Positions 46,411 to 55,864 of a stretch of DNA of 64,000 nucleotides are shown here, one piece after another. Each line of letters begins with the position of its first letter. Position 1 is the stretch's first letter. The stretch lies in assembly GCA_964509335.1 (NCBI GenBank), contig CAZDXB010000002.1, positions 58,253 through 122,252 on the forward strand, written 5' to 3'. A program made the translations under genes and the position numbers. Origin of the DNA: an uncultured Hyphomicrobiales bacterium. Lineage in GTDB: Bacteria; Bacteroidota; Ignavibacteria; Kapaibacteriales; UBA2268. Under the pieces are notes generated by a model that saw nothing but the letters and a program-made list of their open reading frames with translations, had not been told where the DNA came from and ran no database searches.

Positions 46411-47589
46411 TTGAAAAGCGGCGCCGATTACGAATACGAGTTGTCGATTGTGATGCCTTGTTTAAACGAGGCGGAAACCGTTGGAATATGCGTCGATAAA
46501 GCGTTTAAGTTTATCAGACGCAATAAAATAAACGCCGAAGTGGTCGTAGCCGACAACGGAAGTTCCGACGGCTCCGCTGAAATCGCAAAAAGAAACGGAG
46601 CGCGCGTCGTTAGCGTAGAGGAACGCGGTTACGGAAGCGCTTTGACTGGCGGAATCGAAAGCGCAAAAGGAAAATACATAATAATTGGCGACTCCGACGA
46701 TAGTCACGATTTAGTAAACCTAGAGCCTTTTTACGAAAAACTGCAAGAAGGATACGATTTAGTCGTGGGCAATCGCTTCGCCGGCGGAATAGAGAAAGAC
46801 GCTATGTCCTTCCTTCACAGATATGTAGGCAATCCTATTCTTTCGACTATAGGCAGAATATTTTTTAAAAGCAAAATACGCGACTTCCACTGCGGCTTGA
46901 GAGGCTTTACCGCCGAAGCGTTCAAAAAAATGGATATGCGCTCTTCCGGTATGGAATTCGCCAGCGAAATGATAGTCAAGGCGACTTTAAAGAATCTGAA
47001 AATAGCGGAAGTCCCCACTAAAATGTTCCCAGCCGGACGCGAGGGACCTCCCCATCTTAATACGTTTAGAGACGGCTGGCGACACTTGCGCTTTCTGCTG
47101 CTCTTTAGTCCCAGATGGTTGTTCTTGTATCCCAGCTTTCTACTGATAGCTATGGGATTAACTATTAACATTTGGCTCCTGCCCGGCTCTAGTTTAAATC
47201 TCGATATACACACAATGATTTACGCCGCCGCCGCGATTATTATTGGTATCAACGGCGTTAGCTTCGCGGTGCTAACAAAAGTTTACGCCGCTCAGGAAAA
47301 GCTCCTGCCCGAACATCCGAAACTCAACAGAATTTTACGTTACGCCACGTTAGAAAAAGGCTTGTTTGTCGGCGTCTTTATTGCTCTGATAGGATTATTA
47401 GGCGTCGTTTTTTCGCTTATTCTGCTAGAACGCGGCTTGTTCAAAACCCTAACAATTCAAGAAACTATGAGAATGGTCATTATCGCGGCTACTCTATTAA
47501 TAGTGGGATTTCAAATTATATTTTCTAGTTTCTTTTATAGTATTCTTAAATTGAAGTTTAGAAAAAATTCTAAAACAAATAATAATTAA
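46411..47589 (+). CDS. GT2 glycosyltransferase with C-terminal TM helices (polyprenol-phosphate sugar synthase, ArnC/GtrB-like)
   Basis: 392 aa with a TTG start after GAGGAG. It has SIVMPCLNE, VVADNGSSDGS and GDSDDSHD (DxD), plus 4 C-terminal TM segments. Confidence 0.8.
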   Translation: MKSGADYEYELSIVMPCLNEAETVGICVDKAFKFIRRNKINAEVVVADNGSSDGSAEIAKRNGARVVSVEERGYGSALTGGIESAKGKYIIIGDSDDSHDLVNLEPFYEKLQEGYDLVVGNRFAGGIEKDAMSFLHRYVGNPILSTIGRIFFKSKIRDFHCGLRGFTAEAFKKMDMRSSGMEFASEMIVKATLKNLKIAEVPTKMFPAGREGPPHLNTFRDGWRHLRFLLLFSPRWLFLYPSFLLIAMGLTINIWLLPGSSLNLDIHTMIYAAAAIIIGINGVSFAVLTKVYAAQEKLLPEHPKLNRILRYATLEKGLFVGVFIALIGLLGVVFSLILLERGLFKTLTIQETMRMVIIAATLLIVGFQIIFSSFFYSILKLKFRKNSKTNNN

Positions 47590-47596
47590 ATTAATT

Positions 47597-49030
47597 ATGG
47601 CGCAAAAACAAAAATCGACGACAAAAGACAAAGAGATACTGCCGCTTAAACCAGAATATATATTTCTCGTTCTCGGCTTTATTTTCGGTTTGCTTTTAGT
47701 TTTCAAAAATCCTCCTTGGCAAACCAACGACGAAGACCGGCATTTTATTCACGCCTATTATATCTCTCAAGGATACTTACTCCCAAAACAAGGAGACAAT
47801 AAAATCGGCGGTCCTATGCCCGTAAAACTTAAAGAAACGATTAAAAGCTTTCAAGGCATTAAGTTTTCCGACGGAGTAAAAATAAGCAAACGTAGATTAG
47901 ACGAACTCGCTGAAGAACCCCTAAACGAAAACAACAAAAAGTTCTATCATAATCATCACTATAACCAAAATCCAGTCGGATTTTTCCCCAGCGCTCTTGG
48001 AATTTTCATAGGACAAATCTTTAACGACAACGCTTTATGGTTAAATTGGTTCGCGCGCATAGGTAGTTTGATATTTTACTTGGCGATTGTTTTCTTCGCC
48101 ATAAAAACGACTCCAATTTTTAAAACTACTCTTATGTTGTTCGCTTTGACGCCAATGACGCTTTACCAAGGCGCTTCCATTACCTACGACGTGCTTCTGA
48201 TATCTATCTCGTTTTTGATTTTCGCGTTAGCCCTCAAATACGCTTTAGACGAAAACGCTTTCTTTACTTGGAAAGATTTCGCTCTGTTCTTAGCTCTCTT
48301 TGTCGTTATGAGATTCGCTAAGACAGGCTATCCTTTCATACCCTTCATCTTTCTAATTATTCCCTTAAGAAAATACAAGTTGCGCATACCGCCCGCTCTA
48401 GGAACGGCGATAATGGCTGTTGCTTTATTTGTCGTTTATTCTAATTTAGTTACTTGGACTTGGAGCTCTATTAAATCTGCTCAGAATTATAAACTCGAAA
48501 AGACTCAAGGTTTAAAAAAAGACTTTAAGCATTCTAGAACGCTAAATATCGAATACCATTTAAGCAAACCGTTCGAAATGACCGGCGATTTGTATAACAA
48601 CATTAGCCATTTCAAACAAGAATGGACTACCGGCGTTATTGGCAGATTCGGTTATTCATATACAACTTTACCCGGATGGTTCTATTTCATTTTCGGAACC
48701 GTCCTATTAACCGTCGCTTTTTTTGATTCAAACAAAAAATACAAACTGAATATTTACCAAAAAATCATTTCTTTCCTTGTAGCCGCGGGAACCGTCAGCT
48801 CAATCATTGTCGGAATGTATCTAAGCTCGCCGGTAGGCAATAAAATGGTCTTCGGACTGCAAGGCAGATATTTTATACCCGCTATCCCATTTCTATTGCT
48901 AATACTTTACAACGACAAATTCGAGTCAAAGGAATGGAAAAAATGGAAACCTCTCGCCGTGGGAATCTTTGCGTGCATTTCCCTAATATATACATTAGCT
49001 TATCTTGACAATATTTTCTATCAACCTTGA
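47597..49030 (+). CDS. Polytopic GT-C-like membrane protein (DUF2142-like)
   Basis: 477 aa with more than 10 TM helices. The first periplasmic loop has PPWQTNDEDRHF (an acidic DED motif). Confidence 0.6.
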   Translation: MAQKQKSTTKDKEILPLKPEYIFLVLGFIFGLLLVFKNPPWQTNDEDRHFIHAYYISQGYLLPKQGDNKIGGPMPVKLKETIKSFQGIKFSDGVKISKRRLDELAEEPLNENNKKFYHNHHYNQNPVGFFPSALGIFIGQIFNDNALWLNWFARIGSLIFYLAIVFFAIKTTPIFKTTLMLFALTPMTLYQGASITYDVLLISISFLIFALALKYALDENAFFTWKDFALFLALFVVMRFAKTGYPFIPFIFLIIPLRKYKLRIPPALGTAIMAVALFVVYSNLVTWTWSSIKSAQNYKLEKTQGLKKDFKHSRTLNIEYHLSKPFEMTGDLYNNISHFKQEWTTGVIGRFGYSYTTLPGWFYFIFGTVLLTVAFFDSNKKYKLNIYQKIISFLVAAGTVSSIIVGMYLSSPVGNKMVFGLQGRYFIPAIPFLLLILYNDKFESKEWKKWKPLAVGIFACISLIYTLAYLDNIFYQP

Positions 49031-49045
49031 TAATTATAATAAGAT

Positions 49046-49375
49046 ATGGACTATAAATTTCTATTAATATTCCTGACGATACTATTAGCCGCCATCGCGC
49101 AGACCTCGCTGAAAAAAGGCGGCTTTTACAACGTCAATCAAACCGAGCTTTACTTATTCGTCGGCTTGGGAGCCGCTTTATATATAGTCGTTTTCTTCCT
49201 TCAAGTATATTTGCTGCGTTTTTACCCCGTTAGCAAACTAACGCCCGTAATTACCATAGGTTCAATGGTACTGATAGTCATTCTGGGAATGATGATTTTT
49301 CAGGAAACTATGAACCCAAAACAAGTAATGGGAGTTGTTCTGGGCGGCGTTTCGATATATCTTCTACTTTCCTAG
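49046..49375 (+). CDS. Small EamA/SMR-like 4-TM protein (ArnE/F- or GtrA-like flippase candidate)
   Basis: 109 aa with four hydrophobic helices. It lies immediately after the GT2/GT-C genes. Confidence 0.6.
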   Translation: MDYKFLLIFLTILLAAIAQTSLKKGGFYNVNQTELYLFVGLGAALYIVVFFLQVYLLRFYPVSKLTPVITIGSMVLIVILGMMIFQETMNPKQVMGVVLGGVSIYLLLS

Positions 49376-49385
49376 AAGCTATAAA

Positions 49386-51041
49386 TCAGTCTCCGCCGAC
49401 TATATATTTCCTATACAAAGAAGTCATCCAATGAAAGTAAGTTTCGTAATTTTTGAAATACAACTTCTTAGGCTCGACGATTCTATAAAACTTGCCGCTG
49501 TCGTATTCCCATATCCATAATTCAGACCCTTTAGTTATTCTTTTCTGAATGAAAAGCCTTTTTGCGGCTTTTGAATCTTCCTCGTCGTATTTTTGAATCA
49601 GCTTATCGCCAGTCCAAATATTTGCCCACTTCCCGCCTTTAACGGGGTCCAAATAATTCCTCGCTATCTCTATATCTCTATTGCCAATTATATCGCGACC
49701 GTTAACTTTTATTGAATCGACGAATCTATACCCTATTTTAATCTGCCAGTCAGCCGCCCAAAAAGTGTCGAATATACCGACGTAATTATAACGAAATGGA
49801 ACGTCGATAAGTATTATCGCCGCGCTATCCGTCCGCTTGATTTTTTCATACGGAAATTCCCCGATTACTTCTTTCTGAACCGACCAAGCTTTGCTCCAAT
49901 CAAAAGTCCTAAAAACCGTCGCCGAAGCCAATAATATTATAGTAGCGCCGACCAAGACATTGACAAGTTTTCCGCTCAATTGAAAACGTTCCCTCAATAA
50001 ATATACGGAAAACGAAAAAAGAACGGCGAGCCAAAAACCAACGGTTATAAAGGTTCTACCGCGCATCCCCATTCCCCAAACAATATATCCGGCGCCCGAA
50101 TATACAATCAAAGAAATCAAAATACCCGATAAAATCGCTATTATAAATAAAACCGCCGCTTTGTATTCATCCGAACTATCGAAATTATTTTTCTTGAAGT
50201 TGGAAATTACTATAACGACAAAAAGAATAAACAATGGAATTAAAATGAAACTTATTCCTTCCGCGCTCCTAAACGCGGCGTAAGGCAAATGGACAAAGTT
50301 AGCCGCTACGGTTTCAAAAAAATGAGGATTGAACGCTTTGGTTACGCCGAACTCTATTATCCTATTCCAAAAAATCACGAAAAACTGAATTAAAAGGAAA
50401 GCTCCGAATAAATATATCGTCTTTACCTTGCCAAATCTCTTATGAAAATCCATACTAAAAGCTATGATAAATAAAGGAATGAATTGAAAATAAAAGCTTT
50501 CGTAAGTAAAACAGCTCAACAGAAAAAACAATATAGGCAAAAGAAAGGTAAGTTTTCCTTTGTTTAAATAATAAAACAGCGACCAGCCGCTTAAAAAGTA
50601 AAAAATCATTGAAAACGCGTTGTTTACCGCGGAAGACCAAACCGTAAATCCTAAATTCCAAGGCGAAACAAGCCAGAAAACCGCCGCTAAAACGCTATAA
50701 AATTCTACTTCTTCTATACATAAATAACGCAATATCTCTCTAACGAAAATATAAAGACAAACGGAGGTCAAAAGAACCAGAACGGCGGCGTATATTTGCC
50801 AATACGCCGGCTCCGAAGCTCCCAACGCCTTTGTAGATAAAAAGAAAATTGCGCCGATAACCGGTCGATTATAAAAGCGTTGAAGATAAGAACTAAAATC
50901 AGTCCCAAGTTTCTCTGTTGCCTCCGGCGCGATTATCTGAGTCCAATCATCGGAGTAAAAACCGAGCGTAAAAGGACGCCAAGAACACAGAGCCGCCCAA
51001 ATTACTATAATTAACAAACAACTTTTCGTTAGCTTTCCCAT
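49386..51041 (-). CDS. Polytopic GT-C-like membrane protein with C-terminal soluble domain
   Basis: 551 aa with about 12 TM helices. The first loop has FYSDDW (an acidic motif). It has a ~150-aa C-terminal non-membrane domain and is convergent with the flippase gene (10-nt gap). Confidence 0.5.
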   Translation of the reverse strand: MGKLTKSCLLIIVIWAALCSWRPFTLGFYSDDWTQIIAPEATEKLGTDFSSYLQRFYNRPVIGAIFFLSTKALGASEPAYWQIYAAVLVLLTSVCLYIFVREILRYLCIEEVEFYSVLAAVFWLVSPWNLGFTVWSSAVNNAFSMIFYFLSGWSLFYYLNKGKLTFLLPILFFLLSCFTYESFYFQFIPLFIIAFSMDFHKRFGKVKTIYLFGAFLLIQFFVIFWNRIIEFGVTKAFNPHFFETVAANFVHLPYAAFRSAEGISFILIPLFILFVVIVISNFKKNNFDSSDEYKAAVLFIIAILSGILISLIVYSGAGYIVWGMGMRGRTFITVGFWLAVLFSFSVYLLRERFQLSGKLVNVLVGATIILLASATVFRTFDWSKAWSVQKEVIGEFPYEKIKRTDSAAIILIDVPFRYNYVGIFDTFWAADWQIKIGYRFVDSIKVNGRDIIGNRDIEIARNYLDPVKGGKWANIWTGDKLIQKYDEEDSKAAKRLFIQKRITKGSELWIWEYDSGKFYRIVEPKKLYFKNYETYFHWMTSLYRKYIVGGD

Positions 51042-51357
51042 TTGCTTTTATTCGTCGTATAATAAATAATCGCCGCCGCTAAAAAACTTTAAAAGAAAGA
51101 TTCAAGTCAAATCCAAATTACTCAAATAGCGACAATAATACAATAATTAATGAGCGCCCGAACAAACTAAATATAGACAAGATTTTGACAAATCGCAGTC
51201 AACATTAATTATACAGAAAGCAAAAAAATCATTTGATTTTATTGTTCAAAAAAGGCAAAATCATATATTCGATAACTAAACTAAAAGTTCGGTTTAAATA
51301 TGACTGTATTTTAATTATAGGGAGTTCGGTCGAAGCAAAAGTTCCGACTTTGTTGAA

Positions 51358-51882
51358 ATGAATATATTTAATTACTTAAAAGAAAACGCCGGCAGCGTAA
51401 CCGCCGAGTGGCGTAAAGCCGTTTTCGACAGCTATCCCGACGGCTCGGGCAAATACCTGACCCGAAACAAAGACAAATTCGCCAATCCAATCGGTTGGGC
51501 GGTGAATAATGTTATACCAACTATTTATCAAGAACTTATCGGCGAAATGGATTACGCTAAAATTGCCAACGCTCTGAACGATTTCATCAAAATCAGAGCG
51601 GTTCAAAGTTTTTCAACCGAAGAAGCTCTCGGCTTTTTTCAAGAGCTTAAAAAGCTGACTAGAGAAAGAACTAAGGAATGGTTCTCCGACTCCGATTTCG
51701 TCGAAAGCCTCCTAACTTTCGAAAGCAGAGTTGACAAAGCGTTTTCGATAGCGATGGGACTTTATATGGAAGACAAAATCAAAATAGCCGAAATTAGAGC
51801 TTTGGAACAAAAAAAGCGAAATCAAAAAATGATAAGAAGACTGAGCGAGAAGTACAACTTAATAGACGACACAAGCAATTGA
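51358..51882 (+). CDS. Hypothetical cytoplasmic protein upstream of dsrM (RsbRD N-terminal-like, weak)
   Basis: 174 aa, helical, with no cofactor motif. The family assignment comes from memory only. Confidence 0.35.
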   Translation: MNIFNYLKENAGSVTAEWRKAVFDSYPDGSGKYLTRNKDKFANPIGWAVNNVIPTIYQELIGEMDYAKIANALNDFIKIRAVQSFSTEEALGFFQELKKLTRERTKEWFSDSDFVESLLTFESRVDKAFSIAMGLYMEDKIKIAEIRALEQKKRNQKMIRRLSEKYNLIDDTSN

Positions 51883-51914
51883 ATTATAAATGTTTAAATA
51901 AAAGGGCGTAATAA

Positions 51915-52946
51915 ATGGGTTTAGGCTTTTCAATTATAGCGCTGGCAGTTTTAATAGCGTTGGCGATTATAGGAGCCGTCGTTCCGGGATTGCACGTCGT
52001 TTTCGGCGTCGTAATACCTTACATAGCTTTGGCGGTTTTTGTAATCGGCGTTATAGTCAGAATAATCAAATGGGCGAAAGCGCCCGTACCGTTCAGAATT
52101 CCGACGACTTGCGGTCAGGAAAAATCGCTTTCGTGGATTAAACCAAACAAAATCGACAATCCATCGACCGCTTTCGCTACGTTTATCAGAATGGCGATGG
52201 AAGTGTTATTTTTCCGCTCGCTTTTCAGAAACACTTCGGCGGAAATTAGAAAAGGACCAAAACTAGCTTACGGCGAAACAAAATGGCTATGGCTTTTCGG
52301 TCTGATGTTCCATTGGTCTTTTCTTATTATTTTCCTAAGGCATTTTAGGTTATTCGCGAATCCCATTCCGGTATTCGTCGATTGGCTGCAATTTGCCGAC
52401 GGATTTTTCCAAATCGGACTGCCGATTATTTATATAACCGACATTGCCATATTAATAGCTGTGTCGTACCTATTCCTTAGGAGAGTATTCGACCAAAAAA
52501 TTAAAATAATGTCGTTGGCGTCGGATTACTTCCCATTGCTACTTATTTTAGGCATAGCCGTTTCCGGCGTCGTTATGAGATACTTCGTTAAAACGGACAT
52601 AGTAGCTATCAAAGAAGCCGCTGTCGGCATTTTATCGTTCAGCCCAATAGTTCCCGCGGATACAATCGGCGTTTGGTTCTACATTCACTTCTTCTTAGTG
52701 TGCTGTCTGCTCATTTATTTCCCTATGAGCAAACTAGTCCACATGGGCGGCATATTTATGAGCCCAACGAGGAACTTGGCAAACAACAACAGAATAAAAC
52801 ATCACAAAAATCCTTGGAAAGACGACGAAAGACTGTTCCCCGTCAAACCGCACACATACGAAGAATACGAAGACGAGTTCAGAAAAGTTATGAAAGCCGC
52901 AGATATGCCTCTCGAAAAGGACGTAGAAGAAAAGGAGGATAAATAA
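51915..52946 (+). CDS. dsrM: DsrM (NarI/HdrE-like membrane dihaem cytochrome b)
   Basis: 343 aa and polytopic. It has conserved His-containing helices and the YFPMSKLVHMGG motif of the NarI family. It is the first gene of an M-K-J-O-P order. Confidence 0.85.
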   Translation: MGLGFSIIALAVLIALAIIGAVVPGLHVVFGVVIPYIALAVFVIGVIVRIIKWAKAPVPFRIPTTCGQEKSLSWIKPNKIDNPSTAFATFIRMAMEVLFFRSLFRNTSAEIRKGPKLAYGETKWLWLFGLMFHWSFLIIFLRHFRLFANPIPVFVDWLQFADGFFQIGLPIIYITDIAILIAVSYLFLRRVFDQKIKIMSLASDYFPLLLILGIAVSGVVMRYFVKTDIVAIKEAAVGILSFSPIVPADTIGVWFYIHFFLVCCLLIYFPMSKLVHMGGIFMSPTRNLANNNRIKHHKNPWKDDERLFPVKPHTYEEYEDEFRKVMKAADMPLEKDVEEKEDK

Positions 52947-54602
52947 ATGTCTTTAAAACGAAAACCCGAAGAACTAGCGAGCGCTATAGATTTTAAGCCT
53001 ACGAAAAAGCGTTGGCCCGACGAGCCGCTAGATTTTGAAAAACTCAAGGGAACATATAGCTATCCGGGTGAAAAGGAAGCTTTAGAATACCTTGAACAAC
53101 CAAATCCAAGAAAATGGCAGCCCTACGAAGACGACTGGAAACTGCCGGAAAATTGGAAGGATATCATACTCGAAGGACTTAGGTTGAGATTAAAAAAATT
53201 CCGAACGCTTCAAGTCTTTATGGATTGTTGCGTTAGATGCGGCGCTTGCGCCGACAAATGCCACTTCTTCCTCGGCACCGGCGACCCTTACAATATGCCG
53301 GTAAAAAGAGCCGAACTCTTGCGAGCGGTTTACAAAAAAGAATTCACCAAAGCCGGCAAGATTATGGGCAAAATGGTCGGCGCCGAAGAGTTAACGTTCG
53401 AAGTTCTAAAAAAATGGTTCTACTATTTTTATCAATGCACCCAATGCAGACGTTGCTCGGTCTTTTGCCCCTACGGCATAGACACCGCCGAAATCACTTT
53501 CCTTGCCAGAGAGCTTATGAATTTAATCGGCATAAATATAGACTGGGTAATGACGCCGGTCAAAAACAGCCACAGAACCGGCAACCACCTCGGCGTTCAG
53601 CCGCACGGCTTCGTGGACAGTCTCGAATTCGCCGCCGAGGATTTAGAAGACGTTACTGGAGTGAAAATCGACTTGCCGATTAATAAAAAAGGCTCGGAAA
53701 TACTATTTATAACTCCTTCGGCGGACTATTTCTCCGAGCCTCATTACTACACCTTGCTCGGATATATGGCGCTTTTCCACGAGCTTGGCTTGGATTACAC
53801 TTTCAGCTCATACGCTTCCGAAGGCGGCAACTTCGGCTCCTTCGTCTCGCACGATATGATGCGTGTCCTTAATTATAAAATGTACGCCGAAGCTAAAAGA
53901 TTGGGCGTCAAATGGATTCTCGGAGGCGAATGCGGGCATATGTGGAGAGTCGTCCATCAATATATGGACACTTTGAACGGACCGCCCGACTTCCTAGAAG
54001 TTCCAAAATCGCCGATTACCGGCACGGTATTCGACAACGCGAAATCGACAAAGATGGTTCACATAATGGAATTTACCGCCGATTTAATTAAAAACGGCAA
54101 ATTGAAACTCGACCCGAGCAGAAACGACCACTGGCACGCGACGTTCCACGATTCCTGCAACCCCTCCAGAGGTATGGGACTGCTCGAAGAACCGAGATAC
54201 GTAATCAATCAAGTTATGAACAATTTTACGGAAATGCCGGACAACACTATTAAAGAACAGACTTTCTGTTGCGGCAGCGGCGCCGGACTAGGCAACGACG
54301 AAAACTTCGAAATGAGAATGCGCGGCGGCTTGCCAAGAGCCAACGCCGTAAAACACGTAGCCGACAATTATGGAGCCAATATCCTGCTCTGTATCTGCGC
54401 TATCGACAAAGCCGTGTTCCCGCCGCTATTGGATTACTGGGTTCCGGGAACGGAAGTCGGCGGCATACACGAAATGGTCGCTAACGCTATGATTATGAAA
54501 GACGAAAAGGACAGAACCACCGACCTGCGAAGTCAACCTTTCCTCAAATATCGCGATAAAGAAGAAAAAGAAAATGAGGAAAACGGAAAGGAGGATAAAT
54601 AA
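52947..54602 (+). CDS. dsrK: DsrK (HdrD-like Fe-S/CCG-domain protein)
   Basis: 551 aa with two 4Fe-4S motifs (CVRCGACADKC, CTQCRRCSVFCP) and CCG-type Cys clusters (FHDSCNPSRG, FCCGSGAG). Confidence 0.9.
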   Translation: MSLKRKPEELASAIDFKPTKKRWPDEPLDFEKLKGTYSYPGEKEALEYLEQPNPRKWQPYEDDWKLPENWKDIILEGLRLRLKKFRTLQVFMDCCVRCGACADKCHFFLGTGDPYNMPVKRAELLRAVYKKEFTKAGKIMGKMVGAEELTFEVLKKWFYYFYQCTQCRRCSVFCPYGIDTAEITFLARELMNLIGINIDWVMTPVKNSHRTGNHLGVQPHGFVDSLEFAAEDLEDVTGVKIDLPINKKGSEILFITPSADYFSEPHYYTLLGYMALFHELGLDYTFSSYASEGGNFGSFVSHDMMRVLNYKMYAEAKRLGVKWILGGECGHMWRVVHQYMDTLNGPPDFLEVPKSPITGTVFDNAKSTKMVHIMEFTADLIKNGKLKLDPSRNDHWHATFHDSCNPSRGMGLLEEPRYVINQVMNNFTEMPDNTIKEQTFCCGSGAGLGNDENFEMRMRGGLPRANAVKHVADNYGANILLCICAIDKAVFPPLLDYWVPGTEVGGIHEMVANAMIMKDEKDRTTDLRSQPFLKYRDKEEKENEENGKEDK

Positions 54603-55097
54603 ATGTACGATTCTTGGAAAGTTATTATCGGAATCATCGTATTCTTGCTAGCGTTCACTTCGCCCGTCTGGACGAACTTCTTTTCCACCGAAATAGAAGC
54701 GCCGGACTTAGTATATCCCGAAAAATACGACGAATGCGTCGAGGAAACCGAGTATATGAAATCTTATCATATGGATATGCTTAACGATTGGCGCGACTTG
54801 GTCGTGAGAGAAGATATTAGATACTATACTAAAGACGGCGAAGCGTTTATGATAGGCGACGAGAAAGCGGAAATGAGCTTGACAAAAACTTGCTTGAATT
54901 GCCACGATTCTAAAGCGGATTTCTGCGACGAATGCCATGACTATATGGACGTTACGCCTTACTGCTGGGATTGTCATATAGACGAATACAATCCCGAGGA
55001 AAAAGAAACGCCCCGCCCCGAAACCGGAATGAAAACCGACGAAAAAGAACAGACGCAAGTTACTGAAACAACCGAGGAGAAGAACAATGAAAACTAG
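54603..55097 (+). CDS. dsrJ: DsrJ (membrane-anchored trihaem cytochrome c)
   Basis: 164 aa with an N-terminal anchor helix and exactly three CxxCH motifs (CLNCH, CDECH, CWDCH). Confidence 0.85.
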   Translation: MYDSWKVIIGIIVFLLAFTSPVWTNFFSTEIEAPDLVYPEKYDECVEETEYMKSYHMDMLNDWRDLVVREDIRYYTKDGEAFMIGDEKAEMSLTKTCLNCHDSKADFCDECHDYMDVTPYCWDCHIDEYNPEEKETPRPETGMKTDEKEQTQVTETTEEKNNEN

Positions 55098-55851
55098 TAG
55101 AAGAAAGTTCTTATCCGCCGCCGGTTTAGCCGCGGCTCTCGGAATAGCAGGAAAACCGACTTACGATATCCTTGCCGGAGAGAAAACGGCTCCGAATCCC
55201 ACAACAAAACGCTGGGCTATGGCTATCGACATCCGAAAATTGATGGATAATCCTTCGGTAATGAACAAATGCATAGAAGCCTGCGCCAAGACGCATAATA
55301 TACCGAAAATTGAAAACGAAAAAGAAGAAGTTAAATGGATTTGGAAAGAGCCGTTCGAACACGCGTTTATCGAACAAGAAAACGAATATATTCCCGATGA
55401 AATTCTACATCATCCGATATTGCTGCTGTGCAATCATTGCGAAAATCCTCCTTGCACGCGCGTATGCCCCACGCAGGCGACTTGGAAACGCGAAGAAGAC
55501 GGATTGGTTATGATGGACTGGCACCGATGTATCGGTTGCCGCTATTGTATGGCGGCTTGTCCTTACGGCTCTAGAAGCTTCAATTGGAAAGACCCGAGAC
55601 CGAATATCGACGAAATCAATCAGGAATTTCCAACTCGAATGAGAGGCGTTGTCGAAAAATGTTCCTTCTGCGACGAACGAATAGCCGTAGGAAAAAAACC
55701 CGCCTGCGTCGAAGTATGCGAAAAAGACGAATTGGTATTCGGAGATTTGAACGACCCGAATTCTAAAGTCAGAAAAGTTCTTAAAAACAATTACTCTATC
55801 AGAAGAAAGCCCGAATTGGGGGCTCAACCTGGAATTTATTATATAGTTTAA
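55087..55851 (+). CDS. dsrO: DsrO (Tat-exported 4Fe-4S ferredoxin-like subunit)
   Basis: 254 aa. It has a twin-arginine signal (SRRKFLSAAG) and the Fe-S motifs CNHCENPPCTRVCP, CIGCRYCMAACP and CSFCDERI ... CVEVC. Confidence 0.9.
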   Translation: MKTSRRKFLSAAGLAAALGIAGKPTYDILAGEKTAPNPTTKRWAMAIDIRKLMDNPSVMNKCIEACAKTHNIPKIENEKEEVKWIWKEPFEHAFIEQENEYIPDEILHHPILLLCNHCENPPCTRVCPTQATWKREEDGLVMMDWHRCIGCRYCMAACPYGSRSFNWKDPRPNIDEINQEFPTRMRGVVEKCSFCDERIAVGKKPACVEVCEKDELVFGDLNDPNSKVRKVLKNNYSIRRKPELGAQPGIYYIV

Positions 55852-55864
55852 GGGATATGAGCTT

